A stretch of 58,785 bases of DNA from Salisapilia sapeloensis CBS 127946. Taxonomy: Eukaryota; Protista; Oomycota. The stretch's first letter is position 1. The number at the start of each line of letters is the position of its first letter. The notes beneath the pieces are model-generated. The model did no database searches, was not told where the DNA came from, and worked only from the letters and a program-made list of their open reading frames with translations. Positions 1 through 12,695 of the stretch are shown here, one piece after another. The DNA is taken from positions 1 through 58,785 of the forward strand of contig JAADVB010000105.1 of assembly GCA_023334545.1 (NCBI GenBank), given 5' to 3'. The position numbers and the translations under genes were made by a program.

Positions 1-458
1 ACTAGCTCTGCTTCTCGACCTCGACTACTCGACGCTTTGCAAGAACTATGGGCATCGTACACTAGTCAACAAGGAGTCTATACAGCATGCGCGGAAGTGC
101 CCACTTACCTGAATACGGTTCGCCAATGCCTCCTTTGCCCACCACAATTCAGACACTTATATGTCCCTAGACCTCTCATGACCTAATACTCCGCCCCAAT
201 CGACTTTTATCTCCTGAAGTCGTCTCCTTTGTCTCTATTTCGAACCTTTTTCTGGAAAATCGAAGCTCTGGAGGTTGAACAGGTCACTACCCCTCATCCT
301 CATGGTCTTTAACCTCTTTTTTACAACACTAATTGGTCGAAAATCAAATAATTCAAGCTTATGGTTGGCGGAAAAGAAACAATAGCTTAGGAAATTATTC
401 CTTTGGGCTAATCGTTAGAAAGGAACGAGTACTCGGAACGCACTGTACGAAGCCGAGG

Positions 459-3400
459 ATGCGATTCGCGCCGCGCACATTTGCATCAAGCAATCTCGAA
501 GGTATAGCAGGACACCGTTTTGCCAATTTAGATAGTGAAGACGCGCATCGTCGACCACCACGACGTCTCGCAATTCCATCGCATGTACATGGACAGCTCG
601 TCCGTCAAGGTTCTGCTAGTGGCACTTTGGATGATCTTGTGAGCACGCTCGAAAGATTATGTCGAAGCGAATGGTTTCGTGCAGAAGATCGAGCTTTTGT
701 AAAAGATGTCGAACGCATACTTGTCCTACTCCGAGATAAATCTACTGGAGAGAGCAAACCATCTCGAGTTCTCCCGCGGACTTCGACCGTAGAAGATGCT
801 CCAAGTCTGATCGATCAAGCTGAACGGATCAGTGCCCCTGTCACAGCAGCTGAAAAGCAGAGTGTTCAAGCACGCGACCACGAGACATCGAGCGATGCCG
901 AGGTGGATGCTCAAAAGTGTGATCAAGCTGATATTCGGTCGCTCGTGAACTGTGTCGTGGATCTATTTGGCCATCGATACGACAAGGTTCGACATCTAGC
1001 GTTTAGCATCGTCAATGTGTGCCTGGAGGAGCATGGTGCTGCATTAGGAGAAGCTTGCCAGTGTAAAATCTTGCGTCGCCTTGATACCCATCGCCTAGGC
1101 GATTTCTTATTACGACAGAAGACATTTTATCTACTTATATCATATGCAGGACAACTGGATGGTTTGCGCTGTGGCATCCATAGCTTCATGCTACGCTTGT
1201 TGGAAGAATCAGACGAACAGGAAGATTTATTAGAACTCATTCAGACAGTCTTTCGAGACCGTCCAGATGCGTTGGATCTAGAGACAGTTGACACGATCGC
1301 AAGTGTCGTCTGTAACCGTTGTGATTACGCTTGGTCGCAGGGAGATATCGATAGCTGTCGAGCCTATCTGCCGTTCTTTCATACGTTAGTATCTCAGTCC
1401 AGTCTTGCAGGTGTCGTGAGTGGGTCTACTTGTTTGCGAACGCTCAGCTGTCTCGTGAATGCAGACGGACACGGTACGTGGTCTATCGTTCGGACGTTGC
1501 TGGAAGGTCCACACGGTTTCCAAGCTTTACGCTGCCTTGTTAGTTTACTAGAGAATCCAACGACGAACACACAATGGACGCTTCGAGGAGCAGTCTTCTT
1601 CGTCGGCATGTCATGCTGGGGATCACAACGTGTGAAGCAATTGGGAAGCATTCGTTGGATTCCTATTCTCATGTCACTAGAAAAAGTCTTGCAGTGCAAT
1701 TACGGCGTCGTGATCTTCGAAGTGATTTTAGCTATTCAACGACTGATTAAGAAGTTTGGTGACGCTAAAAATGTTGGATCGAACGAGACGGATCGTCGCT
1801 TGCTCGTCGAGTGGGATGTCATTCTACGCGTGTTTGAGGAGTTACGACCGTGGCTATCTCCGACGGAAGATGCTGGGGACGATGATAGTGATTCAGATGA
1901 TGGCGATAGTGACTCACAGTCGAATTCCTCGCAGCATAGTGCTAAGACGCAGATAGCAAGTCCATCAGATAGCTATTCCGTGTCAGTTCGTCAGACGCGG
2001 ATACCTCGAGAACTCCTTGATACGCTTGCAGTCGTCGAGGAACTTGTAGTGACAAATAGATTTAGTGGCGATGTAGATGACTTTTATAACGTCCTGGAGC
2101 TATACATGCCACATCTACCAGAAGCATCGGTACTCCAGCTGCTGCAGCATCGGGCAGAGGCTTCCCATCCAGCGTACAACTCTGACTGGCTTCGTACGTT
2201 GCGCGATACGCTCGACACGTTCTTCTCAGATACATCCATGGCTACTAGCGTACGTGCGATGGCACTGGAGATGCTACAGCTGAACCTCTGGACAAGTCGA
2301 AACGTATGTGAAGACCGTGTCGTAGAAGAAGTCGTGCTGCCTGTATTAAGCCGTGTGTATGACGACATTCAGCCAGAGATTCGTCATCGAGGTATCGCTT
2401 TCCTCACGGAGATAGCGCGTCATTTAGAAAGCGTCAAATTTGATGCCGTCTTGGACATCGTTGCGAATGCCGTGACTTTATCTCATTATGACAATTCCCA
2501 GGAAGAAGCGATCGCTTGCATCGTCTCTCTTTTCTCATCTCACTTTAATCACTTGCCACACTCGCGATCGTTACGCATGTACGAGATTATTACGCGAACG
2601 GTAGAGTCGCATCGGAATTGGCGCGTACGACAGACAGCACTCGAGTGTCTGTTGCATGTATGTGAAGCAAACGCCGAGTTCCAACTCCTGTGGAAAGATA
2701 ATCAATTGCGTACTTCCCGATTTTTATATTGTAGTAAAAAAGCAGTCAGGAACGCTCGGACGGGAGCGTATGTGCCAGTATGCCACGGCTTGAGAGCACT
2801 CTTGACGCTCGTGAACACGGAGACGCATGCCGGGTTGTTTCGAATGGCAGTGACTGGCATTCAACGGATGCTAGAAAACCGTGTGATCCTCACGGATGTA
2901 GATATCAGTGAGATGACACTGAAGCTCATATCTTCAGTCGACTACAGAGCATTCGGTCGGGCAGCTATTCAGGACGAGATCTCAACTAGTCTACGACAGT
3001 TGCTGCATGTAGAGAGCCTTCCTAGTATCCCAGATGAAGATACGAAAGAAGGGAGAGCACGTAGTTATACAGACCCAACGGCATTATTAGAACTAATCGA
3101 TGCGACGCCGGATGAACCACGAGAAGGTGAGGCACCAAAGTTTGACGTGCGTGAAACTGTCGCAAGGAGTTGTAAAGCCAAGTTCATGCACATGGCGATG
3201 AATGTACTTGGTCTCTTAGTTAGCTACACAGAGGCATTGAACAAGAACGCCAGGGAGCATCTTGTGCATTGCCTCCTTGGCGTCATGGGAACTCCCTTAC
3301 TTGTTTCCGACCATGACCTCGCGACAGCAACTGAACGATCGAATGGTATGCAGAAATCACGTTCGGAAGAAGCGATGCATGAGGATGAGGATCCAGCATC

Positions 3401-5714
3401 GAAGACATTGCCTGCACCACTCTCTTCTTCTTTTCAATCGTCCCTACCATCCTATGGCTCGACAACGCAGAACTCGCGTCGGTCGTCCCCTGCACTCTTT
3501 GCTTCCCGTGTATTTTCTCACTTTCAATCGAACTCGTCACAGAAGAGATCTAGAGACGTGAATGCATCTTCTCTATCGACATCAAAAGTATCTACGGCGA
3601 ACAATAAAGACCAGCTACGTCAAGTGCTACGTACGTTGTACGAGGCTGAGGTACAAGTCCTTCGATCGGCATGTAACTCGTTGACTCTACTGTCATTACG
3701 CATTTCTGATGTCGTGATGGCAGCTATGGATGCGTTGATTAGTAGCGTCACAGGATGCTTTCGATTGAAAGATGGAGCGTTCCGAGCAGATGCTTATCGA
3801 GTAGCTTTGGAGTTGGTTGCAAACGTCGTTGCTAGTGTAGGATACCTATCGCTTGATCGTTGCAAGTTGATTCTACATGTTGCCTTGGTCGGTATTCAGA
3901 AGGAACAGTCGAAAGACCTGACGAGCCTTGGTTTTCGAGTAATTGGTCAGATCATTACGAAAGCTCCGTTTGTCGATCGTCCGGTCCTGGCATCCGAAGC
4001 TCTGCCGACGTTGCGTGAACACTCGAATTCATTGATCACACAGGCAGCGATTGATTTTCTCATGTGCTTTGCATACTCTCAGTCGAATATGTACCCGACT
4101 GCATTGCGTCTGCAGCATTCGAGAGAGAAAGAGACGATTCGATCGTCAGCATCGTATGTCCATAATAGTGCAGTGATGACGATCGACATGCTGGACCGTA
4201 GACGTGCGCGTGTGACGGTGCGGCGTCCTTCCTGCACTAGTTCATGGGAGATGGAAGTGTCGTCGAATTACTGTTTAGACCCAGCTGCTCAAGTGGGCTA
4301 TGCAGGTCGTACGCAGCCAAGCTCATCTGCGAAACGTTGGGTGGATGAGTTCGTCCGGACAAAGGTATCCGAGTTCCAGGTCGATGCGTCTGTCACGAGC
4401 AAGTGCACAGACAGCACGACGGATATGCTGGATACTCCAACACCTCGTGCTCGTACGAGAGCGTCCTCTACTAGCTCTGATCGATCGAAAGACGGGACTG
4501 TCTTGAATAAAGTGGTGGAAGGCAGTCCAGTCATCCGCTCGGATAGCTCTATCGTTGCATCCAGCAGTCGTGGGTCTGGAAGTGGACGGCAGTCGTCCAA
4601 GCCTAAGGCATGGAAGTCTCCTCCCCCTGCAGCTTTACCGCCTCTCCCTGCTTACGATGGACACGGAGGTTCTCCTTGCTACTTCTTCCAACCAAGTCCA
4701 GATGAGGAAGACAAGAAGGACGGAGCACGAGTGATTAAAGCACATAGTTCAAGGCGGATGGATAATACGTCGCCATTAGATCTGTCCATGTCGAAAGATT
4801 TAGAACGACATGTGAGTGCATTAAGCTTAGATGCGACTGCATTGGAAACATTGTTTCCAACTAAAGAAGACGCTTCTGTGTCCAAGGAAGGCACAGCAGT
4901 GGAAGTAGAAAAAGAGTGGTTTGATCCGAGCTACGTCATGATGCAGCTCTTGGATTATTCATCTGATAGTCGCCCACAATTGCTGAGTAGTGGAGAACCA
5001 CTAGAATTAGCGCTCAAGGTCCTCGATCGTACACCAGCGTACGAGACGCATAAGATTGGTGTGCTGTACATGCGCGATGGCAATTATAAGAGCGAACGAG
5101 CGTTGTTGAGTACGTTTGGTGGGTCGATGAAGTACCTATCATTCTTACGAGGCCTTGGGACATTCACGAGGCTTCGAGACACGCAGGACTATACGGGCGG
5201 ACTGGATACGGTCGAAGACAGCGATGGTCAGTTCGGCTTGTTGTATAAGAACGAGTGTCTCCAGATGATGTTTCACGTCGCGACGCTCATGGTTCCGAAA
5301 GAAGGCGAAGACGGGAGTATGATGTCGTCATTTTTGAAAAAGAAGCGGCACATTGGCAACGATATGGTCCACGTTGTCTTTAAAGAGTGCGACGAAGAGT
5401 ACGCGTTGGAGACGTTATCTGGACACTTTAATGATGTCCACATCATCGTCCAGCCGCTGAACGACGACGATTATCGCGTTCAAGTGCATGCAAAAGATGG
5501 GATCACTCCCTTCGGACCACTGCATGGAACGCAGATCGTTGCGTCTGCTTGTGTCGCTGAAAGCGTCCGACTGACTTGCCTAAATGCGAACTTGGCGTGT
5601 CAAGCGTATCATCAAGACTTGATGGGTTTCTCACCGAATTACGAAGACCGTCTGAAGCAGATTAAGCAGCTTAGTATGCGTCTCGCCACGACGGAAGCAT
5701 GGGATTGTAGCTAG
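459..5714 (+). CDS. TSC2: Tuberin / TSC2-like Rheb-GAP (N-terminal helical tuberin region plus C-terminal Rap/Ran-GAP domain)
   Basis: Single long ORF; first ATG at 459 (the track start at 333 is TTG). C-terminal THKIGVLY...KKRHIGNDMVHVVF matches the TSC2 asparagine-thumb GAP motif. Segment FEVILAIQRLIKKFG...LVEWDVILRVFEEL resembles the TSC2 N-terminal region. Confidence 0.88.
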   Translation: MRFAPRTFASSNLEGIAGHRFANLDSEDAHRRPPRRLAIPSHVHGQLVRQGSASGTLDDLVSTLERLCRSEWFRAEDRAFVKDVERILVLLRDKSTGESKPSRVLPRTSTVEDAPSLIDQAERISAPVTAAEKQSVQARDHETSSDAEVDAQKCDQADIRSLVNCVVDLFGHRYDKVRHLAFSIVNVCLEEHGAALGEACQCKILRRLDTHRLGDFLLRQKTFYLLISYAGQLDGLRCGIHSFMLRLLEESDEQEDLLELIQTVFRDRPDALDLETVDTIASVVCNRCDYAWSQGDIDSCRAYLPFFHTLVSQSSLAGVVSGSTCLRTLSCLVNADGHGTWSIVRTLLEGPHGFQALRCLVSLLENPTTNTQWTLRGAVFFVGMSCWGSQRVKQLGSIRWIPILMSLEKVLQCNYGVVIFEVILAIQRLIKKFGDAKNVGSNETDRRLLVEWDVILRVFEELRPWLSPTEDAGDDDSDSDDGDSDSQSNSSQHSAKTQIASPSDSYSVSVRQTRIPRELLDTLAVVEELVVTNRFSGDVDDFYNVLELYMPHLPEASVLQLLQHRAEASHPAYNSDWLRTLRDTLDTFFSDTSMATSVRAMALEMLQLNLWTSRNVCEDRVVEEVVLPVLSRVYDDIQPEIRHRGIAFLTEIARHLESVKFDAVLDIVANAVTLSHYDNSQEEAIACIVSLFSSHFNHLPHSRSLRMYEIITRTVESHRNWRVRQTALECLLHVCEANAEFQLLWKDNQLRTSRFLYCSKKAVRNARTGAYVPVCHGLRALLTLVNTETHAGLFRMAVTGIQRMLENRVILTDVDISEMTLKLISSVDYRAFGRAAIQDEISTSLRQLLHVESLPSIPDEDTKEGRARSYTDPTALLELIDATPDEPREGEAPKFDVRETVARSCKAKFMHMAMNVLGLLVSYTEALNKNAREHLVHCLLGVMGTPLLVSDHDLATATERSNGMQKSRSEEAMHEDEDPASKTLPAPLSSSFQSSLPSYGSTTQNSRRSSPALFASRVFSHFQSNSSQKRSRDVNASSLSTSKVSTANNKDQLRQVLRTLYEAEVQVLRSACNSLTLLSLRISDVVMAAMDALISSVTGCFRLKDGAFRADAYRVALELVANVVASVGYLSLDRCKLILHVALVGIQKEQSKDLTSLGFRVIGQIITKAPFVDRPVLASEALPTLREHSNSLITQAAIDFLMCFAYSQSNMYPTALRLQHSREKETIRSSASYVHNSAVMTIDMLDRRRARVTVRRPSCTSSWEMEVSSNYCLDPAAQVGYAGRTQPSSSAKRWVDEFVRTKVSEFQVDASVTSKCTDSTTDMLDTPTPRARTRASSTSSDRSKDGTVLNKVVEGSPVIRSDSSIVASSSRGSGSGRQSSKPKAWKSPPPAALPPLPAYDGHGGSPCYFFQPSPDEEDKKDGARVIKAHSSRRMDNTSPLDLSMSKDLERHVSALSLDATALETLFPTKEDASVSKEGTAVEVEKEWFDPSYVMMQLLDYSSDSRPQLLSSGEPLELALKVLDRTPAYETHKIGVLYMRDGNYKSERALLSTFGGSMKYLSFLRGLGTFTRLRDTQDYTGGLDTVEDSDGQFGLLYKNECLQMMFHVATLMVPKEGEDGSMMSSFLKKKRHIGNDMVHVVFKECDEEYALETLSGHFNDVHIIVQPLNDDDYRVQVHAKDGITPFGPLHGTQIVASACVAESVRLTCLNANLACQAYHQDLMGFSPNYEDRLKQIKQLSMRLATTEAWDCS

Positions 5715-5891
5715 CTAGTTGTTCGTTTCGATGAGGTAGAAGTACTCGTCGCCTGATGCGTATTTAAGTGAACGAAAGAACACGAAAGAGAGTGTACTTG
5801 CGTAAAGTATACCTAGTACTTTGAAGTGGTTGACAGTACAAACGGACGAGAGTAGGCATTGTGTGATCTCTAGTCGGAAGTGCGTACGGAG

Positions 5892-8800
5892 ATGGAGTTT
5901 CTAGCGGAAGAAAATGACTGTGGACAGACATTGCTGCGACTTGTGAGTCGAGGCAGTGCTATCGTCGCGGAGCTGCAGCGATTGTCGAATAATATTCCAG
6001 GGTGAGACGAGAATGTTCTCTCGTGTCTAGAGGATGCTGTATGACGTTTATATGTGAGGCAGGATCTTCTTAAGCAAGTCTCAAGTGGAGGATCCGGAAC
6101 AGCTTAAGTATTTGAATATCCTGTTCGACTTTGCGTACTTAAAAAGCCCCGAGGACTTTGAGAATATGGTTGACAACAACACTGTACGTTGGATTTCATT
6201 CGAATCGGAGCATTCTTATCTTATAGGAATGTAATAGGAACTCTTGGATATCGACGATGAGTTCATGCGTAACCATGAGGATATTGTCGAACGCTTCTAC
6301 CAGCTCTTTGACGGCATTTACAAAGTACAGATTCTACATCATCTCTTTCTCAGGCCTTTTGATACCTACTAACGTCGTATCTAGTACATTAGCGACTACC
6401 TCAAGTTTCTAGATGATCTTGAGAAAGGATTTTTTATCCAACATACGCTCGCGAATATCCTTCTCGACACGGACGGAGCTCAATTGATGTGTGAAGCCTT
6501 GTACCTGTACGGGGTCATGCTGTTACTTCTAGACCGGAAGATTCCCGGCCCAACACGTGAGAAAATGGTCATCGCTCATTATCGAAGTAAAGGCGAAGCT
6601 GCTTTAGAAAACATTGACGAAGTATGCAAACTATGCCGCGTCACAGGCTACCTACCAGGTCGTCCAAAGCCAGCACAATACCCCGAAAGATACTTTAAGC
6701 GTTTTGCTCCACCAGAAGAAGTGGTTAGCATGGTCATTGGTAAACTCCAGTCGGACGATGTGTACTTGCAAGAGCCATCGTTCCCACATCGCGATCACCG
6801 GAGCACTCGTCTAGCAGGTCAAGCCAGCATGCTCTTCGTCATCCTGTACTTTGCTCCAGACATTTTGATCCATGAAAAAGCAGCCATGCGTGAAATTGTC
6901 GATCGGCACTTTAATGACAATTTCATCCTGGCAATCTACATGGGTGCTGTCGCTGATTTATCGATTGAATGGGCTGCATACCCTGCTGCTAGGATCGCAT
7001 TAGCGAATACGTTAGAGGCAAGCAATATTGCGCATGTGACGAAAAAGAAAGCTCGGCAGACGAAAAAGTCGATTGACGAGATCAATTACTACTTGACGGA
7101 AGGTGTCATTACGGATCAGTACGTTCTAGAGCATCTAGAGCCGCTTTTAAATGCCATTCGAACAGCCAATGTCACAGTGCGTTGGGCGATGATGCACAGT
7201 CGGATTCAAAAAGTGATTCCGATGATGAACGACTCGACGGAGCAACGAGCTATCTTTGAAAAAGGGATGGACCTCGAAGCAGTCGTGACGTTGCTACTGA
7301 ACGTCTCGCAGCTCGAGTGGCGACTAAAGCAAATGTTCCAGTCGCTATTGGACACCAAGGAAGAGCGATGGCAGCGTTGTATGAAAGAAACATCGGATCG
7401 AATGGTCGAATTAAGCGAGTACTTTACAGGCGAGAAACCTCTGACACGTGTCGAAAGGAATGAAGATTTGATGAAATGGTTTAAAGACTTGTCGGAGAAA
7501 GTCGAGAGCTTGGATTATGTCGATCACATCAAGGCTGGACGACGTATCAAGCGACTAATTGAAGCTCTTGGACACGTCGAACAGTTTGATCAGATCGATA
7601 CGAATTTGCAGGTGAAAGCGTACTTAGCAGACTCGAGAGACTTGCTAACGGAGATGGTGCGCACGGCACGTGTTCGAGATGAAGTCATGGGTATCATTGA
7701 AAACGTCTCAGACTTATCCTACGCATGGGAGATCATCAATGACTTTATGAAGCTCTTGCATGAACGTGTGAAAGTCGATCCGTCCTCTGTCCTTCTCTTA
7801 CGTGCTGTCTTTTTAAAACTAGCTTCGATTCTCGACGTACCACTTACTCGTATCCATCAATGTGGTTCCGAAGACGTCATCTCCGTTGCTGAATTCTACT
7901 CTGGTGAACTCGTCGATTACGTACGCCGAGTCATGGAAGTCATTCCGCAGAGTGTCTTCCGGATCTTGGCAGGTATCGTCAAGCTGCAGACGAATCAGAT
8001 GAAGGAACTACCGGTGAAGTTTGAAAACACAGAACTCAAGCAGCATGCTCAGCTTAACGATCGCTATCGACTCGCTCGTGCAACGAACGAAGTGTCCAAG
8101 TACACGGAAGGTATCTTGGCGATGAAGAGGACACTGCTAGGTGTGATCGAAGTGGACCCGCGACAGGTCTTGGAAGATGGGCTTCGTAAAGAACTTGTCT
8201 ATCGTGTATCTCGTGCTTTCCATAACATTTTACAATTCGAAACGAATGATCCGGAGGAATGTCGCGAGGTATTCCAGAAACTAGCAGCTAGTCTCGATGC
8301 CTACCGTCTTTCGTTTGAGTACATTCAAGACTACATTGGTATCTACGGCCTGCGCATGTGGCATGAAGAACTGTCTCGTATCATCAACTATAACGTCGAG
8401 CAAGAGTGCAATCGGTACCTAAAGAAGAAAGTCTATGATCGAGCATCACAGTATCAAAACCGTGCGATCCCGATCCCACGTTTCCAAACGCCAGAAGGAG
8501 ACACGAACGCCAACTTCATGGGTCGACTCATGCACGCCTTGTTCGGTATGACTGATCCGCATAAGACGGTGTATTCGCCACAGTGCATTGGATGGTTCGC
8601 AGAGGACGGGCAGGAAGTGTGCGGTGTATCTGCCTTCTCGGTCTTACATAAGAGCGTCGGGTTATTGGGGCTTGCTGGTCTAGACCGGATGCTATCGTTC
8701 CGGATTGTCCACACTTTGAACAACTTGGTTAAGTTCTGGTCCACGACCGTGACGCCCAACTATGGTGAGCTACTAAACGATGTGAAGAGGAGGCTCGTGC

Positions 8801-9552
8801 CGGAATGGAAGCTACCAGAGCACTCGACCAAACTATACGACGTGGCGATGAAGAAAGTGGAAAAGCTCCTAAGCAAACTACTGAAAGCTGTGCTGATCAT
8901 TGGACAAGCAGCACTCATTCGTCGTCAGATCTCGAGCGAACTGTCGTTCTCGTCTCGTCTGGATGCAGATTTACTCGCTGGGACGTTGGATACGCTTAAT
9001 GATTCTTTGTTGAATGACATTCGAGCACACTATCGAGATCCGAAGAAGAAACCGTATCCTGGATCGGACAACAATCCGATCTTGATCGAACTGAACAAGT
9101 ATTTGGAAAACACTGGTGCGAATGATCCTTTCCAGAAGATTTACTTGACGTTGGACGCACCACTGGAAGGCTTAGCAGCGCTCTTCATGCTCTTCGTTGT
9201 TGCGTACATGCCCAAGCTGCAGTACGATAAGAATTTTGGCGCGTTGGCTCGCGTGGGGAAGAATCCGATTGATGGACAACCGCTGCTATTGGGTGTGCTC
9301 ACGGTGTTTAAGCAGTTCCATCCGTCGTATACAGAACGGTTCTTATCTTTCTTGGGGCAGTACGTGCGTACGAAGATTGATGATGTCATGGCGGCAGATA
9401 AGAAGGGTGGGAGTGCGACGGAGATACCGGTGGATGTCGTGAACACATTGATCTTCATGCTCGAATTTGCTCGTTGTGCCAAGATCCAACGGAGTTACCT
9501 GGATAGTCTTGTACCGGCCTATGTCTTTGATGCCATTCAAGTCTCGAACTAA
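5892..9552 (+). CDS. WASHC5: Strumpellin (WASH complex subunit 5), 4 exons
   Basis: Hand-spliced join(5892..6001,6063..6183,6238..6324,6385..9552), all GT-AG and frame-consistent. The N-terminus [32 protein letters not shown] and internal [21 protein letters not shown] are strumpellin signatures. Intron 3 has a perfect TACTAAC branch point at 6367-6373. Confidence 0.95.
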
Positions 9553-10798
9553 GGAAGATATGGATGGATCGAGACGAGACGAATATAGGAAATTTGGTTT
9601 GTGATTGGAAAGTGCTACTTTGTTTGTGCCTTGAATTGATAGGAGGACATTCTTGTCGAGTACGATGTATGAAATCGTTCTACTCATGAATATAGTAGCT
9701 CTGACAGGGACCTACATTTAGACCAGATACCGAACTACTCTCATTGAAGCTCTTCAGATCCGATAAGATCATGTACCGTCGCGTGAGAATAAGATGCGAA
9801 AGAGTTTTTGCTTTCATTCTTGCAACCCCAACTCTCAAGTCTATTTTTGGCATTGACAGCGACATGCAGCTACTACATAAATACATCACCAGAAAGCTTG
9901 CAATCAATTCCTTTATGCACTAAACAGAATTTTTTATATCGTATTGGACCTAGGATCTTGACCCAGTACCACCATCTCCGAATATGAATTAAATTTTCTT
10001 CCTCGTACATCCCATTCGCAGCTACACTTGATGTACTGGATCATATAAAATGAGAGATTCGTCATTAGATAAAATTTGACGCTTGGGTACTTTACCAGAG
10101 AGAAAGCTGATTTAAACAAGGTTGATGGATTTTACCCGAATACCTCTTCGATTGTCAAGTGATGAGCAGTCACGACGACTCTGGAAACGCAGCATCAGTA
10201 TGCGACAGTCAGTACCCCAAACATTGAATCCAGCGAGACCTCCGAATCTTTACGGCGTAAAAGCATCGTGCATTGAACGGCTATCTGGAAACGCGACATG
10301 ATATGAGATCATTTGACTCGTTTCGATGACGACGTGGTGCGCCAAGGATGCAAAGCTCGTAGCTCGTATCGCAAGAATGACGTCAGACAAGTGAAGTTGG
10401 AAGTTGCTAATCAGTACTTGCAAGACACCAAATGCGAACAGTGGACAGGATATAACTGACCATGACAAACAAGAGCTATTTATGGAAACCCCGACATCTC
10501 CAGGTAGATGTATCTCTAGCAGTAGTAGATGAGAAAGCTCTATATGAGACGGTACCATTTTATATCGTCCATATTTCAGGACGCATCTGATAAAAAAGAT
10601 GCGTTCTATCTTAAACAAACTATACCTCTCTACAGGATAAGGTGCGTATCACATTTTGTCATATCATTCTTCTTTGTAGCTTGAGCCAGTATACTTTAAT
10701 AAAGTGAATTTATTGTCCCAATATACGCCCTGCATCCATAAAATATCTCGCTATCAACCAATCCAACGAAGGAGGCGGACAAGAAGCTAAAGCGTACG

Positions 10799-12089
10799 AT
10801 GACAAGCTATGAAAAGCCTGCGCGTGCCATCTTCTCCGAGGCAGATCTCCATAGCTTCCTCGAATCTACCGTACTCAACTCAGTCATGTATACCCTTACG
10901 ACACAGAAGAGCTCATATGACTGGCATAGACACATGACATGATCATGGTGTTTGTGAAAGCGCTCAATCAAAGCGTGAAAAGCACTCCGGTGTCAGCCGA
11001 GTACACCATCTCGCCTGTACATGCGTCCATATCCACTTAGTCGAATAGCTACCTGATAAGCCCTGTACCATAGAATGTCCAGAAAGCTGTCGAGCTTTTA
11101 AACGAAATCAATAGTTGGATCGATGAGATTCCTCCTATCCAGCAACCCATGCGCTTCGGTAATAAAGCCTTTCGGACATTCTGCGACCGTGTCGTTGAGG
11201 TAGGGTCATATCTACTCACACCAAGCACGCATGTACTGACAAAGACATAGCGTTCGACGGACCTGCACAAGGCGATGCTGCCTCCAGACCTTCACGACGC
11301 CATCGTCGAGCTCAATTCGTACTTGCTCGATTCCTTCGGCAATCGGACTCGAATTGACTATGGCACGGGACACGAGACCAGTTTCATCATTTGGATGTGT
11401 ACGTACCATGTACTTGATAGTTAAGACGGTGTCTTAGTAGCATACATAGGTTGTCTGCATAAATTAGGATTCTTAAAGCAAACAGACTTTACGGCCATGG
11501 TGCTGCAGATCTTCACGGCGTATCTGGCACTCATGCGTCGACTGCAAAAGCTGTATATGCTCGAGCCAGCCGGATCACACGGTGTCTGGGGACTCGACGA
11601 CTACCATTGTCTTCCCTTCTACTTTGGCTCGTCCCAACTCATCGGTACGTTGTCATGCTTACAAAGGTGGTAGGGAGAGTGGAGTAAAAAGTACTTCTAG
11701 GCCATTCGACGATCGTCCCGGATTCGGTGCATGACGACGCGGTGCTAAAGGAAGGCAGAGACAAGTACCTCTACCTGGATGCAGTTCAGTTCATCAAGGA
11801 AGTCAAGTCGGGCTCACCGTTTGCCGAGACGTCACCGATGCTGAACGATATCAGCGGCCTGCCGTCTTGGGAGAAGATCAACGGCGGGATGCTCAAGCTC
11901 TATGAAGGCGAAGTGCTGAAGAAATTTCCTGTCATCCAGCACTTGACGTTTGGAACGTTATTCCCGTGCACATGGACGCCGAGTCACGCGCCGGATGACG
12001 TGTCTGTCGCGACTACGCACGGGACTGCCTCTGGGCGCGAACCACCGAATGACGTCGAGGTGCAGACGAAGGCGCCGTGGGCCAAGTGA
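10799..12089 (+). CDS. PTPA: Phosphotyrosyl phosphatase activator (PP2A activator, Rrd1/Rrd2 family), 6 exons, 338 aa
   Basis: join(10799..10870,10930..11016,11074..11199,11251..11398,11450..11644,11701..12089) gives an intact frame. It contains the family motifs [39 protein letters not shown] and KFPVIQH. Confidence 0.95.
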
Positions 12090-12616
12090 ATTCCGAAATG
12101 AAGCTTTTCAGTTGAACTGGTCGTGGGTTTGTAGGCTAGTCCAACCGCCTGGGACACCGGAATAGATAAGACTGTTTCAGGACTCGAGGACGTATTAGTC
12201 CGTCCGAACCAACTGGGGACACAATTTCCGTATCACGTGTTTCGACTTGACTAATGGGTACTCTTGCCATGCCCATGACTCTCGTTTAACTAGCACATGT
12301 ATATATCTTGATATAGTTGATGTGTATGGACTAAAAAAGTTTCCACGTCGATTCAAGGGGGAATGGTCGCGACATGTCGACTGTCGTACGAGGTTCTTTT
12401 TCGAGCTTTTCTTAGGACATCGCATGAGCCAGTAGAGGCGAAAGGCGTCTTGCCGGATCAGACGCGAGGGAAATCCAGTCTCAGAATGAATACAAACATC
12501 AAGTCAAGTACAACCGAACAACTGCTTCCGTCTAAATCTCGAAGAGACATGATCGTTGGACGAGAAGCGCCCGTCGCTCACTGGCTCACAGCAGCTCTTC
12601 ACGATTCCCCCGAGGT

Positions 12617-12633
12617 TCATTTTTCAATCCGCC
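12617..12633 (+). promoter_or_regulatory. Putative oomycete-type core promoter INR+FPR element for eEF3
   Basis: TCATTTTTCAATCCGCC begins 79 nt upstream of the ATG at 12696. It has one mismatch to the oomycete consensus TCATTYYNCAWTTYNSY. Sequence match only. Confidence 0.55.
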
Positions 12634-12695
12634 GCTGGCCTCTCAAGCTCCACTCTACCCAAGAGACAACAACCTGAGAACTACCTTTGTCTACG

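Noticed and set aside
1-310. Possible minus-strand gene running off the left edge (ATG near 180, strong CAG|GTAAGT donor at ~108, peptide MRGLGTYKCLNCGGQRRHW...)
   Set aside because: Too short; the Cys/His spacing does not fit a standard zinc knuckle, and the next exon's frame is ambiguous without flanking sequence.
333-458. TTG/GTG starts in the ORF track (also 12687, 27076, 38260, 38652, 46829, 49581)
   Set aside because: This is a eukaryotic genome. A downstream ATG or an upstream spliced exon explains each; 46829 is really a splice acceptor.
9553-10798. AT-richer 1.2-kb gap with several 60-120 aa ORFs on the minus strand and broken frames on the plus strand
   Set aside because: No recognisable motif and no frame-consistent exon chain could be built. 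It could be a decayed gene or element, but I cannot support a call.
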